A stretch of 64,000 bases of DNA. Source: an uncultured Gemmatimonadales bacterium (GTDB lineage Bacteria > Gemmatimonadota > Gemmatimonadetes > Gemmatimonadales > Gemmatimonadaceae). Below the pieces are notes generated by a model. It saw only the letters and a program-made list of their open reading frames with translations. It did not search any database and was not told the DNA's origin. The DNA is taken from NCBI GenBank assembly GCA_963851265.1, contig CAWKNZ010000010.1:32001-96000 (forward strand). Reading direction: 5' to 3'. This document shows positions 28,585-38,477 of this stretch, one piece after another; position 1 is the stretch's first letter; each line of letters starts with the position of its first letter. A program made the position numbers and the translations under genes.

Positions 28585-29367
28585 GTGGAGCTGACAGGCA
28601 GGGTCGCACTCGTCACGGGCGCCGGCTCGGGGATCGGCGCGGCGACGGCGCGGCGGTTCGCCCGCGCCGGCGCCCGCGTCGCCCTGGTCGGGCGCACCGC
28701 GGACGAACTCGACGAGGTCGCGCGCACGATCCGTTCGACCGGGCAGGAGGTCCGCGTCGCCCTGGCCGACGTCGCCGACGACGAGGCGGTCCGGCACGCC
28801 GTCGACACGACGGCCGCGGAGTGGGGTCGGCTGGACGTGGTGGTCGCCAACGCCGGCGTGAACGGCGTGTGGGCGCCAATCGAGGAGTTGGACGTCGAGG
28901 AGTTCGCGTCGACGCTGCGGACGAACCTCGTCGGCACGTTCGCGACCATCAAGCGCGCGGTCCCGCATCTCCGGGCGCGTGGCGGGTCGGTGATCGTCAC
29001 CGCGTCGGTGAACGGCACGCGCATCTTCAGCAACACCGGCGCGACCGCGTACTCGGCGTCCAAGGCTGGCCAGGTGGCGCTCACCAAGATGCTCGCCGTC
29101 GAACTCGCCAAACACGGCATTCGTGTGAACGTGGTGTGTCCGGGCGCGATCGACACGGCGATCAACGACAACACCGAGAAACGTGACCTCGAGTCGGCCA
29201 GGATCCCGGTCGAGTACCCGGAAGGTCAGATCCCGCTCACGCATGGCCGCCCCGGCACATCCGACGAGGTCGCCGAACTGATGCTGTTCCTCGCGTCCGA
29301 CGCCTCGCGACACGTTACGGGCACCGAAGTGTGGATTGACGGCGCGGAGTCTCTCCTCATGGGGTGA
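28585..29367 (+). CDS. SDR family oxidoreductase
   Basis: TGAGSGIG, ANAG, YSASK, NVVCPGAI; GGAGG RBS. Confidence 0.93.
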   Translation: MELTGRVALVTGAGSGIGAATARRFARAGARVALVGRTADELDEVARTIRSTGQEVRVALADVADDEAVRHAVDTTAAEWGRLDVVVANAGVNGVWAPIEELDVEEFASTLRTNLVGTFATIKRAVPHLRARGGSVIVTASVNGTRIFSNTGATAYSASKAGQVALTKMLAVELAKHGIRVNVVCPGAIDTAINDNTEKRDLESARIPVEYPEGQIPLTHGRPGTSDEVAELMLFLASDASRHVTGTEVWIDGAESLLMG

Positions 29368-29478
29368 TGCGCGGTACTTTACGCGCGGCCCTTTCGGCGG
29401 CGTGCGCGCGTTCGTGCACGCGTCCTGCATGTGCCAACGGTGCTCCCCCTCCCTCCCTCTCATTTCGAAGCGTTTACG

Positions 29479-29853
29479 ATGCGGACGACCGGCACAGTCA
29501 AGTGGTTCAACAACGACAAGGGCTTCGGGTTCATCGCGCCCGAAGACGGCGGAAAGGACCTGTTCGTCCACCACTCCGCGATTCAGGGGTCCGGCTTCAA
29601 GTCGCTCGACGAGGGAGAACGCGTCGAATTCGACATCGTCGAGGGCCAGAAGGGTCCCGCTGCTGAGAACGTGACGCGCCTCGGCGGCGGCAACCCGAGC
29701 AGTGGCGGCGGCGGCGGTGGTAGCCGCGGCGGCTACGGCGGCGGGGGCGGCGGCGGTAGCCGCGGCGGCTACGGCGGCGGGGGAGGTGGTGGCGGTGGCG
29801 GCGGACGTGGCGGGTACGGCGGCGAGGGTGGTGGTCGCCGGCGCGACTACTAA
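29479..29853 (+). CDS. Cold-shock domain protein with Gly-rich RGG/GGYGG tail
   Basis: GTVKWFN..KGFGFI (RNP1), LFVHHSAI (RNP2), [10 protein letters not shown], then a ~55-aa Gly-rich tail. Confidence 0.93.
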   Translation: MRTTGTVKWFNNDKGFGFIAPEDGGKDLFVHHSAIQGSGFKSLDEGERVEFDIVEGQKGPAAENVTRLGGGNPSSGGGGGGSRGGYGGGGGGGSRGGYGGGGGGGGGGGRGGYGGEGGGRRRDY

Positions 29854-29928
29854 GTACCCGTAGTCCAGTCCAGCTCCACAGCAGGCGAGCGTGCGCGGAT
29901 GTCCTCCGCGCACGCTTGGCGCGCCCGC

Positions 29929-31115
29929 GTCACCGGATGAACGTCGCCCGAGCGCAGCTTTAGGTCTTGTGCTTGAACAGGTCGTAGCCGCGCACCGCGT
30001 CCTCGAGCGGCAAGGGATGAGTTACGAGGTACGACGGGTCGAGTTCGCCGCGCGATGTGATCGAGCAGCGGCGGCACGTCCGTCTGCCCGTGCTCCTGGG
30101 CGGAGCGCATCGTGAGCCCCTTGTTCACGATCAACCCGACCGTGAACGCGGCCATCAAGCCGTAGACGCCGAGCACCGACACGGTGCCGCCCCTTGGGGC
30201 AGGCGAGGATCGCCTGGCGGAGCGCCGCGCCGCGGTTCGTCTCCCGCGTAGCGCCTGCCTGACGCGGTCGTACGCGTACTCGGCGGGCGTATCGCGCGCC
30301 TCCATCCCGACCGCGTCGATACACGCGTCGGGCCCGCGGCCCCCGGGCATGTCGCGCAGCGCGTCGACCACGTCCACCGCGGTGTAGTCGAGCGTCGCGG
30401 CGCGCGCGGTCGCGTGCGAGACGGAGCCGCTCCGGGAAGCCGTCGATCGCCACGACGCGTTCGGCGCCTAACAGATACGCGCTCTGCATCGCCATCAGGC
30501 CCACGCCGCCCGCACCCCACACCGCGACCATGTCGTCCGGGCGGAGCTGGCAGAAGTCTGCGCCCGCGAACCCCGTCGGCGCCGCGTCCGAGACGAACAG
30601 CACATGGTCGTCGCGCACCCCGTCGGGCACGGGGCAGCGGTCGACCTCGGTGTGCGGCACCCGCACGTACTGGGCTTGCGCGCCCGCGTCCCCGCCGGAC
30701 GCGTGCGTGGATCCGTAGATCCGCGCTGTCGCGTCGCCGAGTAGCGGCTCCTGCTTCGCCGCGTTGGGGTTGGTGTTGTCGCAGCAGGACCAGAGGTCGT
30801 GCTGGCATTACCAGCAGTTACCGCGGCGAATGAAGGACGCGACCACCACGCGGCCGGCGGGGACGCGGGCGCGGACGCCCAGAACGTGCGGACGTCCAGC
30901 CCGCCCTCCTCGACCACGCCCGTGATCTCGTCGCCGATGTTGTCGCCCGCGCGCATCGTCGGGAGATCGCCGCCGATGAAATGCAGGTCCGATCCGCACG
31001 TCGTCGACGCCGTGAAGCCGATGATGATGTCCCGAGGGTCGATGATCTCCGGGTCGGGGACCAGGTCGGCCCACAGATCGTTCACTCCGTGCCAGCACCG
31101 TGCGCGCGCGACGCA
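29929..31115 (-). pseudogene. Decayed Zn-dependent alcohol/formaldehyde dehydrogenase (MDR)
   Basis: Homologous segments split over several frames (CWHG...PDPEIIDPRD...CGSDLH; VSDAAPTG...VWGAGGVG; GGRGPDACIDAVGMEA). In-frame TAA at 30808-30810. GHE motif eroded to GDE. Boundaries approximate. Confidence 0.85.
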
Positions 31116-31500
31116 GTCACCTCTGAATGGGCGCTGGACGGACAGCCGCCGCTCGATTGCTCGGGGCGCAACGAGCGCGCCACGTCGGTGCACCACCGCG
31201 TGTCGGTGAACGGAGATCGCTCGCCCGCTCGGGTCGAGCACACCGGCGGCACGGACGGCGGGCGGCACCGCCGGGGTGACCGGCCCGGATACCGTCGAGC
31301 AATCGGACGCATCCGCATCTGCTGCATATGATATGCAGCTGGTTCACCTGCGTCGTTACCTGACCGCGGCGGGCGACGCGTTGGGCTACCGGGGAGGGGC
31401 GTCCATCATCCGCGCAAGTCTGTGCGGCGTTTTTCACGCGTCAGTTTCATCGTCGTGGCGGTCCGTGACGCCGCTGTAACCGAAAACGGCTACAATCTGG

Positions 31501-31530
31501 ATTGCGTGACTCCTCCGTCATGCATAGCAT
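31501..31530 (+). promoter_or_regulatory. Candidate sigma-70-type promoter of EPS operon 1
   Basis: TTGCGT-N17-TAGCAT in the AT-richer intergenic region; similar element at 53803. Confidence 0.45.
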
Positions 31531-31804
31531 GTGCTTCGAGTTACCTGCCGTCTGATCAGTTCGCTTGCCCCGTGAGCGACTGATGTTTATAGCGACCGTG
31601 GCCTCTTCCCCGTCCACGGTCGCGGCTAGTGCCCTCACGTACCATCGTCGACCGGACGGCCCCCACCGTCCGGCCAGTTAGGCGCGGCCGCATGCGGCGG
31701 CCGCGCCCTGGTACGCCGTCATTCCTCGAGGGGCATGGTATGCCGTCCAGCTGGTGCCGCACCGCAACACGCATCGTCCGCGCGAGCGCCCGGACGGCAC
31801 GCCG

Positions 31805-33409
31805 ATGACGGCTCTGCAAAGCCCGGAGCCCGAGCGCGCCCCGGCGCTGGCGCCCGTGGGCGCCGACGCGTGGTCCGGCGACACGCAGTTCGACCGGCGG
31901 CACGCGCGCGACGACGCGCAGCGCCGTAACCGCGCCCGCGGCGCGGTCGCGGGCCGACGCGCCGGTGACGGCGCGGGTGCGGCGCAGTGGGTGGCCCCCT
32001 GGACTCCGGGCGGCGACGCGCTCGCCGTGGTCGCCGCGCTCACGCTGGTCGTGTTCTTCGTGCACGCGCCGCCATTCCCGCACGGCGTCGGCGAGTTCCT
32101 CGCCATGCGCGTCACGATGCGCAACACGCTCGCCGTGGCGGTCGTCGCCGCGTGGGCGACGACCGTGCTCGGGCTCGTCGGCGCGTACGACCTCGCGCGT
32201 GCGCCTAACGCGGCGGAGCTGTTCGCAAACACGCTCGCCGGGTGCGCGGTCGCCGCGCTCCCGGTGATCCTGCTCGTGCCCGACCGCGGCCGGTGGTTTC
32301 CGCTCGCGCCCGGCCTGCTGTTCGCCGCCGGAACGGCGGCCGGCGTGCTCACGTGCCGCGCCGCGGCCTACGCCGCGCGCCGCGTCCGCCGCCCCGAGGT
32401 GCGCGTCGTGATCGCCGGGACCGGGCCGCGCGCGCAGTCGCTCTGGACGCGGCTGCAGTCCGACCGCACCGTCGCGTATCAACTGCTCGCCGTCGCCGAC
32501 ACGCCCGAGGCGCTGCTCGCGCGCCGCGACCTGCCCGGCGTCTTCGCCGACGCGCCCGGGGGCGTCGCCGGCGTGGCCGTCAGCCGGCTCGACGAGTACC
32601 TCATGCACACCGTCGTCGACGAGGTGTTCGTCGCCCTGCCCCACCGGTCGCGCTTCGGCGAGGTCCACGACGTCCTGCGCAGCTGCGAGCGCGCGGGCGT
32701 CCACGCGCACTACCTCACCGACGCCGTCGCGTCGACGATCGCGCGCCCCCGCCCGAGCAACTCGGGGGGCTACCCCACCGTGAGCCTGCACGTCGTGCCC
32801 GACGGGTCCGCACTCGTCGTCAAGCGCGCGATCGACATCGCGGGCGCCACCGTCGGCCTCGTGCTGCTCGCGCCGGTGTTGCTCGCCGTGGCGGTCGCGG
32901 TGCGGTGCACGAGCCGCGGGCCGGTGTTCTTCACGCAGGAGCGATACGGGTACCGCAAGCGCCGCTTCCGGATGATGAAGTTCCGCACGATGGTCGCCGA
33001 CGCCGAACGCCACCAGGCCGCGCTGGAGGCGCAGAACGAGGCCGCGGGCCCGGTGTTCAAGATCGCGCGCGACCCGCGCCTCACGCGCGTCGGCGCCTTC
33101 CTGCGCCGCTCCTCGCTCGACGAGCTCCCGCAGCTCTGGAACGTGCTGCGCGGCGAGATGTCGCTCGTCGGCCCGCGCCCGCTCCCGACCCGCGACGTGT
33201 CGCGCTTCGCCGAGCCGTGGCTCATGCGCCGCTTCAGCGTGCGCCCCGGGCTCACGTGCCTCTGGCAGATCAGCGGACGCAGCAACGTCGGCTTCGACGA
33301 GTGGGTCTCGCTCGACCTGCGCTACATCGACGAGTGGTCGATCGGGCTCGACCTGCGCATCCTGTTCCAGACGCTGCCCGCGGTGCTCAGCGGGCGGGGT
33401 GCCCGGTGA
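31805..33409 (+). CDS. Priming polyprenyl glycosylphosphotransferase (WcaJ/WbaP-like)
   Basis: N-terminal TM helices; KRAID, FFTQER, KFRTM, DPRLTRVGAFLRRSSLDELPQLWNVLRGEMSLVGPRP, PGLTCLWQI. Confidence 0.93.
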   Translation: MTALQSPEPERAPALAPVGADAWSGDTQFDRRHARDDAQRRNRARGAVAGRRAGDGAGAAQWVAPWTPGGDALAVVAALTLVVFFVHAPPFPHGVGEFLAMRVTMRNTLAVAVVAAWATTVLGLVGAYDLARAPNAAELFANTLAGCAVAALPVILLVPDRGRWFPLAPGLLFAAGTAAGVLTCRAAAYAARRVRRPEVRVVIAGTGPRAQSLWTRLQSDRTVAYQLLAVADTPEALLARRDLPGVFADAPGGVAGVAVSRLDEYLMHTVVDEVFVALPHRSRFGEVHDVLRSCERAGVHAHYLTDAVASTIARPRPSNSGGYPTVSLHVVPDGSALVVKRAIDIAGATVGLVLLAPVLLAVAVAVRCTSRGPVFFTQERYGYRKRRFRMMKFRTMVADAERHQAALEAQNEAAGPVFKIARDPRLTRVGAFLRRSSLDELPQLWNVLRGEMSLVGPRPLPTRDVSRFAEPWLMRRFSVRPGLTCLWQISGRSNVGFDEWVSLDLRYIDEWSIGLDLRILFQTLPAVLSGRGAR

Positions 33410-35238
33410 CTCGTCCGCCCGTTCCGGCGCGCGCCGCGCGCCTCGACACGCGCTTGGCCGAGCCCCCGACCCGGCCGGCACACGCGGGTCCCTATGGGCC
33501 GTACGCGCCGTCGTCCGCTCCGCGGTTAGGCCTGACCGCTTCCGACGACGCGCCACCCGCGCGCGCGCACCTGCTCACGTTCGCGCTCGAGGAGTACTTC
33601 AACAACTTCGACCGGCTCATCGACCGGTCGCACTGGTCGCGCTTCGAGCGGCGCGTCGAGCACGGCACGACCCGGGTGCTCGACCTGCTGGACGCGCACG
33701 GGCAGCGGGCCACGTTCTTCTGCCTCGGCTGGGTCGCCGAACATCTGCCCGAGCTGGTCGCGGAGATCGCGCGCCGCGGCCACGAGGTCGCGAGCAAGGG
33801 TTACGCGCAGCAGCCGCTCTCGGCGCTTACGCCGCCCACGCTGCGCGACGACCTCGCGCGCGCCCGCGATGCGATCGAGGCCGTGACGGGCGTTCGCGTG
33901 CTCGGCTACCGCGCGCCGGGGTGGCTCGGCGCGGACGACGTGTGGGCGCTCGACGTGCTCGCCGACGAGGGCTACGCCTACGACTCGAGCGTGAAACCGT
34001 TCCTGCGCGCGGCGCGCGGCGCCGCGGCCGGCCGGCACCCGACGCTGCTGCAGCGCCCGGCGGGCGCGCTCTGGGAGGTGCCGGTCTCGGCGGTCCGGGT
34101 CGGTGGGATGCTCGTGCCCGTGGGCGCCGGCAACTATTCGCGTCAGCTGCCGCGCTGGATGATGCGCGGCGTCATGGACCGCTGGGGGCGCGCTCACCAC
34201 TCGCCGTTCCTGATGTACTTCCACGCCTGGGAGTTCGACGCCGATCAGCCACAGATCAGTGCCGCGCCGTGGCTGCACCGCGCGCGGTTTTACCGCAACA
34301 TCGCGAAGACGCCGGCGATTCTCGCCGACTACCTCGCCCGCTACCGCTTCACGAGCGTCGCGCAGTACCTCGGCCTCGACGCCACGGCGCCGGCGCCGTC
34401 CGGCGCGCGCCGGCACGTGCTCGCCTCGGGCGTTCCGCACGGTCCCCGGCGGGAGCACGTCGCCGCGCCCACGGGCCCCGCGGTCGGCGTCTCGCTCGTC
34501 GTCCCGTGCTTCAACGAGGAGCGCACCCTGGCCTACCTCGCGAACACGCTCGAGAGCGTGCGCGCGTCGCTCGCCGGGCGCTACGCGCTCGAGACCGTGT
34601 TCGTCGACGACGGGAGCACCGACGGCACGGCGGAGGAGCTGGCCCGACGCTTCGGCGACCGCGCCGACTGCCGCATCGTGCACCACGGGGTGAACCGCGG
34701 CGTCGGGCAGGCGATCCTCACCGGCGCCGCGCGCGCGCGGTACGACGTCGTGGCGTCGATCGACTGCGACTGCACGTACGACCCGCACGAACTCGCGCGC
34801 ATGCTCCCGCTGCTCACCGACGGCGTGGACGTGGTGACGGGGTCGCCCTACCACCGCGACGGCGGGGTTCGCAATGTGCCGCGGTGGCGCCTCGGCCTGT
34901 CGCGCTCGGCGTCGGCGTGCTACCGCGTCGTGCTGCGCCAGAAGCTGCACACGTACACGAGCTGCTTCCGCGTCTACCGGCGCGGCGCGCTCGAAGGCCT
35001 AACGCTCGCGCACGGCGGGTTCCTCGGCGTGGCCGAAACGCTCGGCCGGCTCGACCTGGCGGGCGCGCGCATCGTCGAGTACCCGACCACGCTCCACGTG
35101 CGCGTGCTCGGCCGCTCGAAGATGAAGGTGGCGCGTACGGTCGGCGGCCACGTCGTGCTCCTCGCGGAACTGGTCGGGCTGCGCGCGCGCGCGGCGCTCG
35201 GCCGGACCCGCCGGGCGGCCTGGGCCGTCGTGCGGTGA
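33406..35238 (+). CDS. Polysaccharide deacetylase (DUF3473-type) domain fused to GT2 glycosyltransferase
   Basis: ATFFCLGWVAE, GYRAP, YDSS, YFHAWEFD; then VVPCFNEE, VDDGSTDGT, DCDCTYDP. Confidence 0.85.
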   Translation: MTRPPVPARAARLDTRLAEPPTRPAHAGPYGPYAPSSAPRLGLTASDDAPPARAHLLTFALEEYFNNFDRLIDRSHWSRFERRVEHGTTRVLDLLDAHGQRATFFCLGWVAEHLPELVAEIARRGHEVASKGYAQQPLSALTPPTLRDDLARARDAIEAVTGVRVLGYRAPGWLGADDVWALDVLADEGYAYDSSVKPFLRAARGAAAGRHPTLLQRPAGALWEVPVSAVRVGGMLVPVGAGNYSRQLPRWMMRGVMDRWGRAHHSPFLMYFHAWEFDADQPQISAAPWLHRARFYRNIAKTPAILADYLARYRFTSVAQYLGLDATAPAPSGARRHVLASGVPHGPRREHVAAPTGPAVGVSLVVPCFNEERTLAYLANTLESVRASLAGRYALETVFVDDGSTDGTAEELARRFGDRADCRIVHHGVNRGVGQAILTGAARARYDVVASIDCDCTYDPHELARMLPLLTDGVDVVTGSPYHRDGGVRNVPRWRLGLSRSASACYRVVLRQKLHTYTSCFRVYRRGALEGLTLAHGGFLGVAETLGRLDLAGARIVEYPTTLHVRVLGRSKMKVARTVGGHVVLLAELVGLRARAALGRTRRAAWAVVR

Positions 35239-35284
35239 CCCGCCGGTGACCCGCGCCCGCGTTCCCCACCAACCCGTTGTCGCC

Positions 35285-35968
35285 ATGCCTCTCACGTCCT
35301 CCTTCCTGATCCCGACGCGCGCCACGCTCCGGCTGGCGCTGCTCGTTGCGGGACTTTCGACGGGCGCCGCGGCGTGCGCGGCCCAGTCGGCGTCCGTCGA
35401 CACGGCGCCGGCCGCCGCGCCCCGCGCCGTGTCGATGCGCCCCGTACAGCTGCACGCGGGCGACCTCGTGAAGCTGTACATGTGGCGCGAGCCCGACCTG
35501 TCGCGCGAGTACGAGGTGAACGGCGCGGGCGCGATCGACCTGCCCAAGGTCGGCGCGGTCTCGGTCGCCGGCGTCTCGCCCGACTCGCTGCAGCACATCC
35601 TCGAACAGCGCTACGCGAAGTACCTGCGTACCCCGACCATCGAGGTCACGATGCGGCGCCGCATCTCGGTGCTCGGCGCGGTGCGCAACCCGGGCGTCTA
35701 CCAGGTCGACCCCTACGTGACCGTGGCCGCCGCCCTCGCCCTCGCCGGCGGGACGACCCCGGAGGCCCGCACCGACGAGGTCCGCGTGCTGCGCGGAGAC
35801 CGGACGTTCCGCACGCGCGTGTCGACGCGCACCGTGATCGCCGACTCGCCCGTCGAATCGGGCGACCAGCTGTTCGTACCCGATCGCGGATGGGCGACCC
35901 GCAACATCGCGGTGATCAGCGCGGCCGTCTCGGCCGTCGGGATCATCGTCTTCGCCGCCCGTCGTTAG
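35285..35968 (+). CDS. wza: Polysaccharide export lipoprotein (Wza/OPX-like, SLBB)
   Basis: Lipobox AAAC, LHAGD, G.IDLPKVG, VLGAVRNPGVY, ALALAGG. Confidence 0.8.
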   Translation: MPLTSSFLIPTRATLRLALLVAGLSTGAAACAAQSASVDTAPAAAPRAVSMRPVQLHAGDLVKLYMWREPDLSREYEVNGAGAIDLPKVGAVSVAGVSPDSLQHILEQRYAKYLRTPTIEVTMRRRISVLGAVRNPGVYQVDPYVTVAAALALAGGTTPEARTDEVRVLRGDRTFRTRVSTRTVIADSPVESGDQLFVPDRGWATRNIAVISAAVSAVGIIVFAARR

Positions 35969-35991
35969 GCACCTCCGCGCCGCCGCCCACC

Positions 35992-38409
35992 ATGAGCCTC
36001 TCGGTTCCCCCCTCGTACGCGCCTCGCACCGTCGAGCCCCCATCGCCGCCCACGTCCGACGCGCCCGAGCCGCCCGTCCGGCACCTCGCGGTGTGGGAGG
36101 TCGCGCGCCGCCGCGCGTGGCTCGTCCTCGGCGCGGGCGCGCTCGCCGCGCTGTGCGCCGCGCTCGTCGAGCGGACGATCGACCCGGTGTACGAGTCCGC
36201 GGCCTCGGTGCGCGTGGACGTGAAGGAGTCGCACGTGCCCGGCGTGTACCAGCACGTCGCGACCGGCGCGGAGGTCGGCAACGAACTCGACCTGCTCCAC
36301 AGCCGTACGCTCGCCGAGCAGATCGTCGACTCGCTCGGGCTGCGCGTGCGCCTGCTCGCGCCGAGCCCGGCGCGGGCCGGGCTTGTGAGCGCGGTACGCG
36401 CCGACCAGAGCGCCGACACCGGCACGTTCACCTTCGACCCCGCGCCCGCCGGGTTCGTGGTGTCGACCGGCAAGCCCGTGCGGTCCGTCGCCGTCGTGAA
36501 GCCCGGTGACTCGGTCACCGTGGCCGGAGCCACGATCGTGCTCGCGCCCGCCCCGGCCGCGGCGCGGCGGATCGTCGTCCGCGTCGACGGCTTTCAGGCC
36601 GCAGTCACGGAGCTCGTCGACGCGCTCAAGGTGGATCGCATGAGCCGCGAATCGCAGGTGATCGCGGTACGCTACCAGAGCCTGGACCCGGCCCTCGCGC
36701 GCGACGTGCCCAACGTCGCCGTGGCGAACTTCCTCGCCCTCCGCCGCCGCTCCCAGCAGTTCGAGACCGGCAGCACGGCCGCGGCGCTCCGCCAACAGGT
36801 GCGCGCCGTCAGCGCCGAACTCGCACGGTCGGACTCCACGCTGCTCACCTTCCGCCGCCGGCAGCGCGTCGTCGACCCGCACGACGAGGGCACGACGCAG
36901 ATCGCGCGCGTCGCTCAGCTGCGCACCGAGCGCACGCAGATCGGCACGGAACGCGACGCGCTCGCCGCGCTCATGCAGTCCCTCGCGCAGCGGTCGCGCG
37001 CGGGTGACGGCGGCGAGCTGCCGTACCGCCAGCTCGTCGGCTTCCCGACGCTCATGCGGAACGACGCCGTGTGGTCGTACGTTCGCGCGCTGACATCCGT
37101 CGAGGAACAGCGCGCGGCGCTGCTCGTGCGGCGCACCCCGGAGGACCCCGACGTCATCGCGCTCACCGATCGCGCGCGCACGCTCGAGCAGCAGCTGCGC
37201 GCGACGGCGACCACCTACCTCGACGGCCTCACGCAGCAGACAGCGTCGGTCGACGCGGAGCTACAGCGCGCGGAGGCGAGCCTCGCCCGCCTCCCGGGCC
37301 AGGAAGCGGAGTTCGGCCGCCTTGAGCGCGGCCCGAAGGTGCTCGGCGAGATGCTCACGCTGCTGCAGACGCGGCTGAAGGAAGCGGAAGTGGCCGAAGC
37401 GGTCGCCGACCCCACAGTCCAGCGGCTCGACGTCGCGCCGTTCCCCCTCCACCCCGTCCGACCGAAGCCCGCCCAGGACGTCGCGCTTGCGGCATGTGCG
37501 GGCCTGCTGCTCGGGCTCGCCGGGGCGCTCGTTCGAGACCGGCTCGACCGCACCGTGCGTACCCGCGAGGACGTCCGCCAGTGGGCCGGCCTCCCGGTCG
37601 TCGGGGTCATCCCGCACACGCCCTACGAGCCGGGCAGGGTGCCGATGCGCGATCGGAAGGCGCTGCCGACGGCGCGCCCTCGCGCGCTCGCCCTGCTGCC
37701 GCGCGCCGGACGCCGCGCGTACGACGAGCGCGGGCTGTTTCTCACCGAGGCGATCGCGCGCCTGCACGCGACGATCGCCGTGTGGCAGCCCGGCGGCGAC
37801 CTGCGCCGTCTCGTCGTGACGAGCCCCCTCTCGGGGGAGGGGAAGACGACCACGGCGAGCAATCTGGCGCGCGCCGTCGCGCGCGCCGGGTCACGCACCC
37901 TGCTCATCGACGGCGACCTCCGCCGCGGCACGCTGCACGAGCGCTTCGGCATCCCGCGGTCGCCAGGCTTCTCGGACGTGCTCGCGGGCGTGGCGTCGCT
38001 CGACGCGGTGGTACACCTCGTCGACGTCGGAGACGGCGCCATGCTCGCGGTGGTCCCCGCGGGCACGCCGACCGACGCGGCGCGCCGGATCCTCACAGCC
38101 CCGCGTGCGCGCGCCGTGCTCGGCCACGCGGGCGTGCACTACGACAGCGTCATCGTCGACGCGTCGCCGATCAACGTCACCGCGGACGCGGCGCTGCTCG
38201 CCGCGGAGGCGGACGGCGTGCTCCTCGTCGCGCGCGCGGGGCAGACGCCGCTCGACGCGCTCGCCCACGCCGTCCAGCAGCTCGGACAGACCGGCGCGAC
38301 GCCGCTCGGGGTCGTGGTCAACGACATCGACCCCGTACGCGACGCCGCGTACGACACCGAATACCGGGTCTACGACGACCCGTACTTCCACACGTCCGGT
38401 GCTGCCTGA
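35992..38409 (+). CDS. wzc: Polysaccharide co-polymerase / BY-tyrosine kinase
   Basis: Two TM segments, coiled-coil periplasmic part, Walker A SPLSGEGKTT, LIDGDLR, VIVDASP, C-terminal Tyr cluster AYDTEYRVYDDPYF. Confidence 0.9.
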   Translation: MSLSVPPSYAPRTVEPPSPPTSDAPEPPVRHLAVWEVARRRAWLVLGAGALAALCAALVERTIDPVYESAASVRVDVKESHVPGVYQHVATGAEVGNELDLLHSRTLAEQIVDSLGLRVRLLAPSPARAGLVSAVRADQSADTGTFTFDPAPAGFVVSTGKPVRSVAVVKPGDSVTVAGATIVLAPAPAAARRIVVRVDGFQAAVTELVDALKVDRMSRESQVIAVRYQSLDPALARDVPNVAVANFLALRRRSQQFETGSTAAALRQQVRAVSAELARSDSTLLTFRRRQRVVDPHDEGTTQIARVAQLRTERTQIGTERDALAALMQSLAQRSRAGDGGELPYRQLVGFPTLMRNDAVWSYVRALTSVEEQRAALLVRRTPEDPDVIALTDRARTLEQQLRATATTYLDGLTQQTASVDAELQRAEASLARLPGQEAEFGRLERGPKVLGEMLTLLQTRLKEAEVAEAVADPTVQRLDVAPFPLHPVRPKPAQDVALAACAGLLLGLAGALVRDRLDRTVRTREDVRQWAGLPVVGVIPHTPYEPGRVPMRDRKALPTARPRALALLPRAGRRAYDERGLFLTEAIARLHATIAVWQPGGDLRRLVVTSPLSGEGKTTTASNLARAVARAGSRTLLIDGDLRRGTLHERFGIPRSPGFSDVLAGVASLDAVVHLVDVGDGAMLAVVPAGTPTDAARRILTAPRARAVLGHAGVHYDSVIVDASPINVTADAALLAAEADGVLLVARAGQTPLDALAHAVQQLGQTGATPLGVVVNDIDPVRDAAYDTEYRVYDDPYFHTSGAA

Positions 38410-38477
38410 CAACGGCCGCCCCGTCAGCCGCGCCCTCGGCGCCTCCCTCTCCGCCCCGCCCTCCTCGAGCCCGGACC

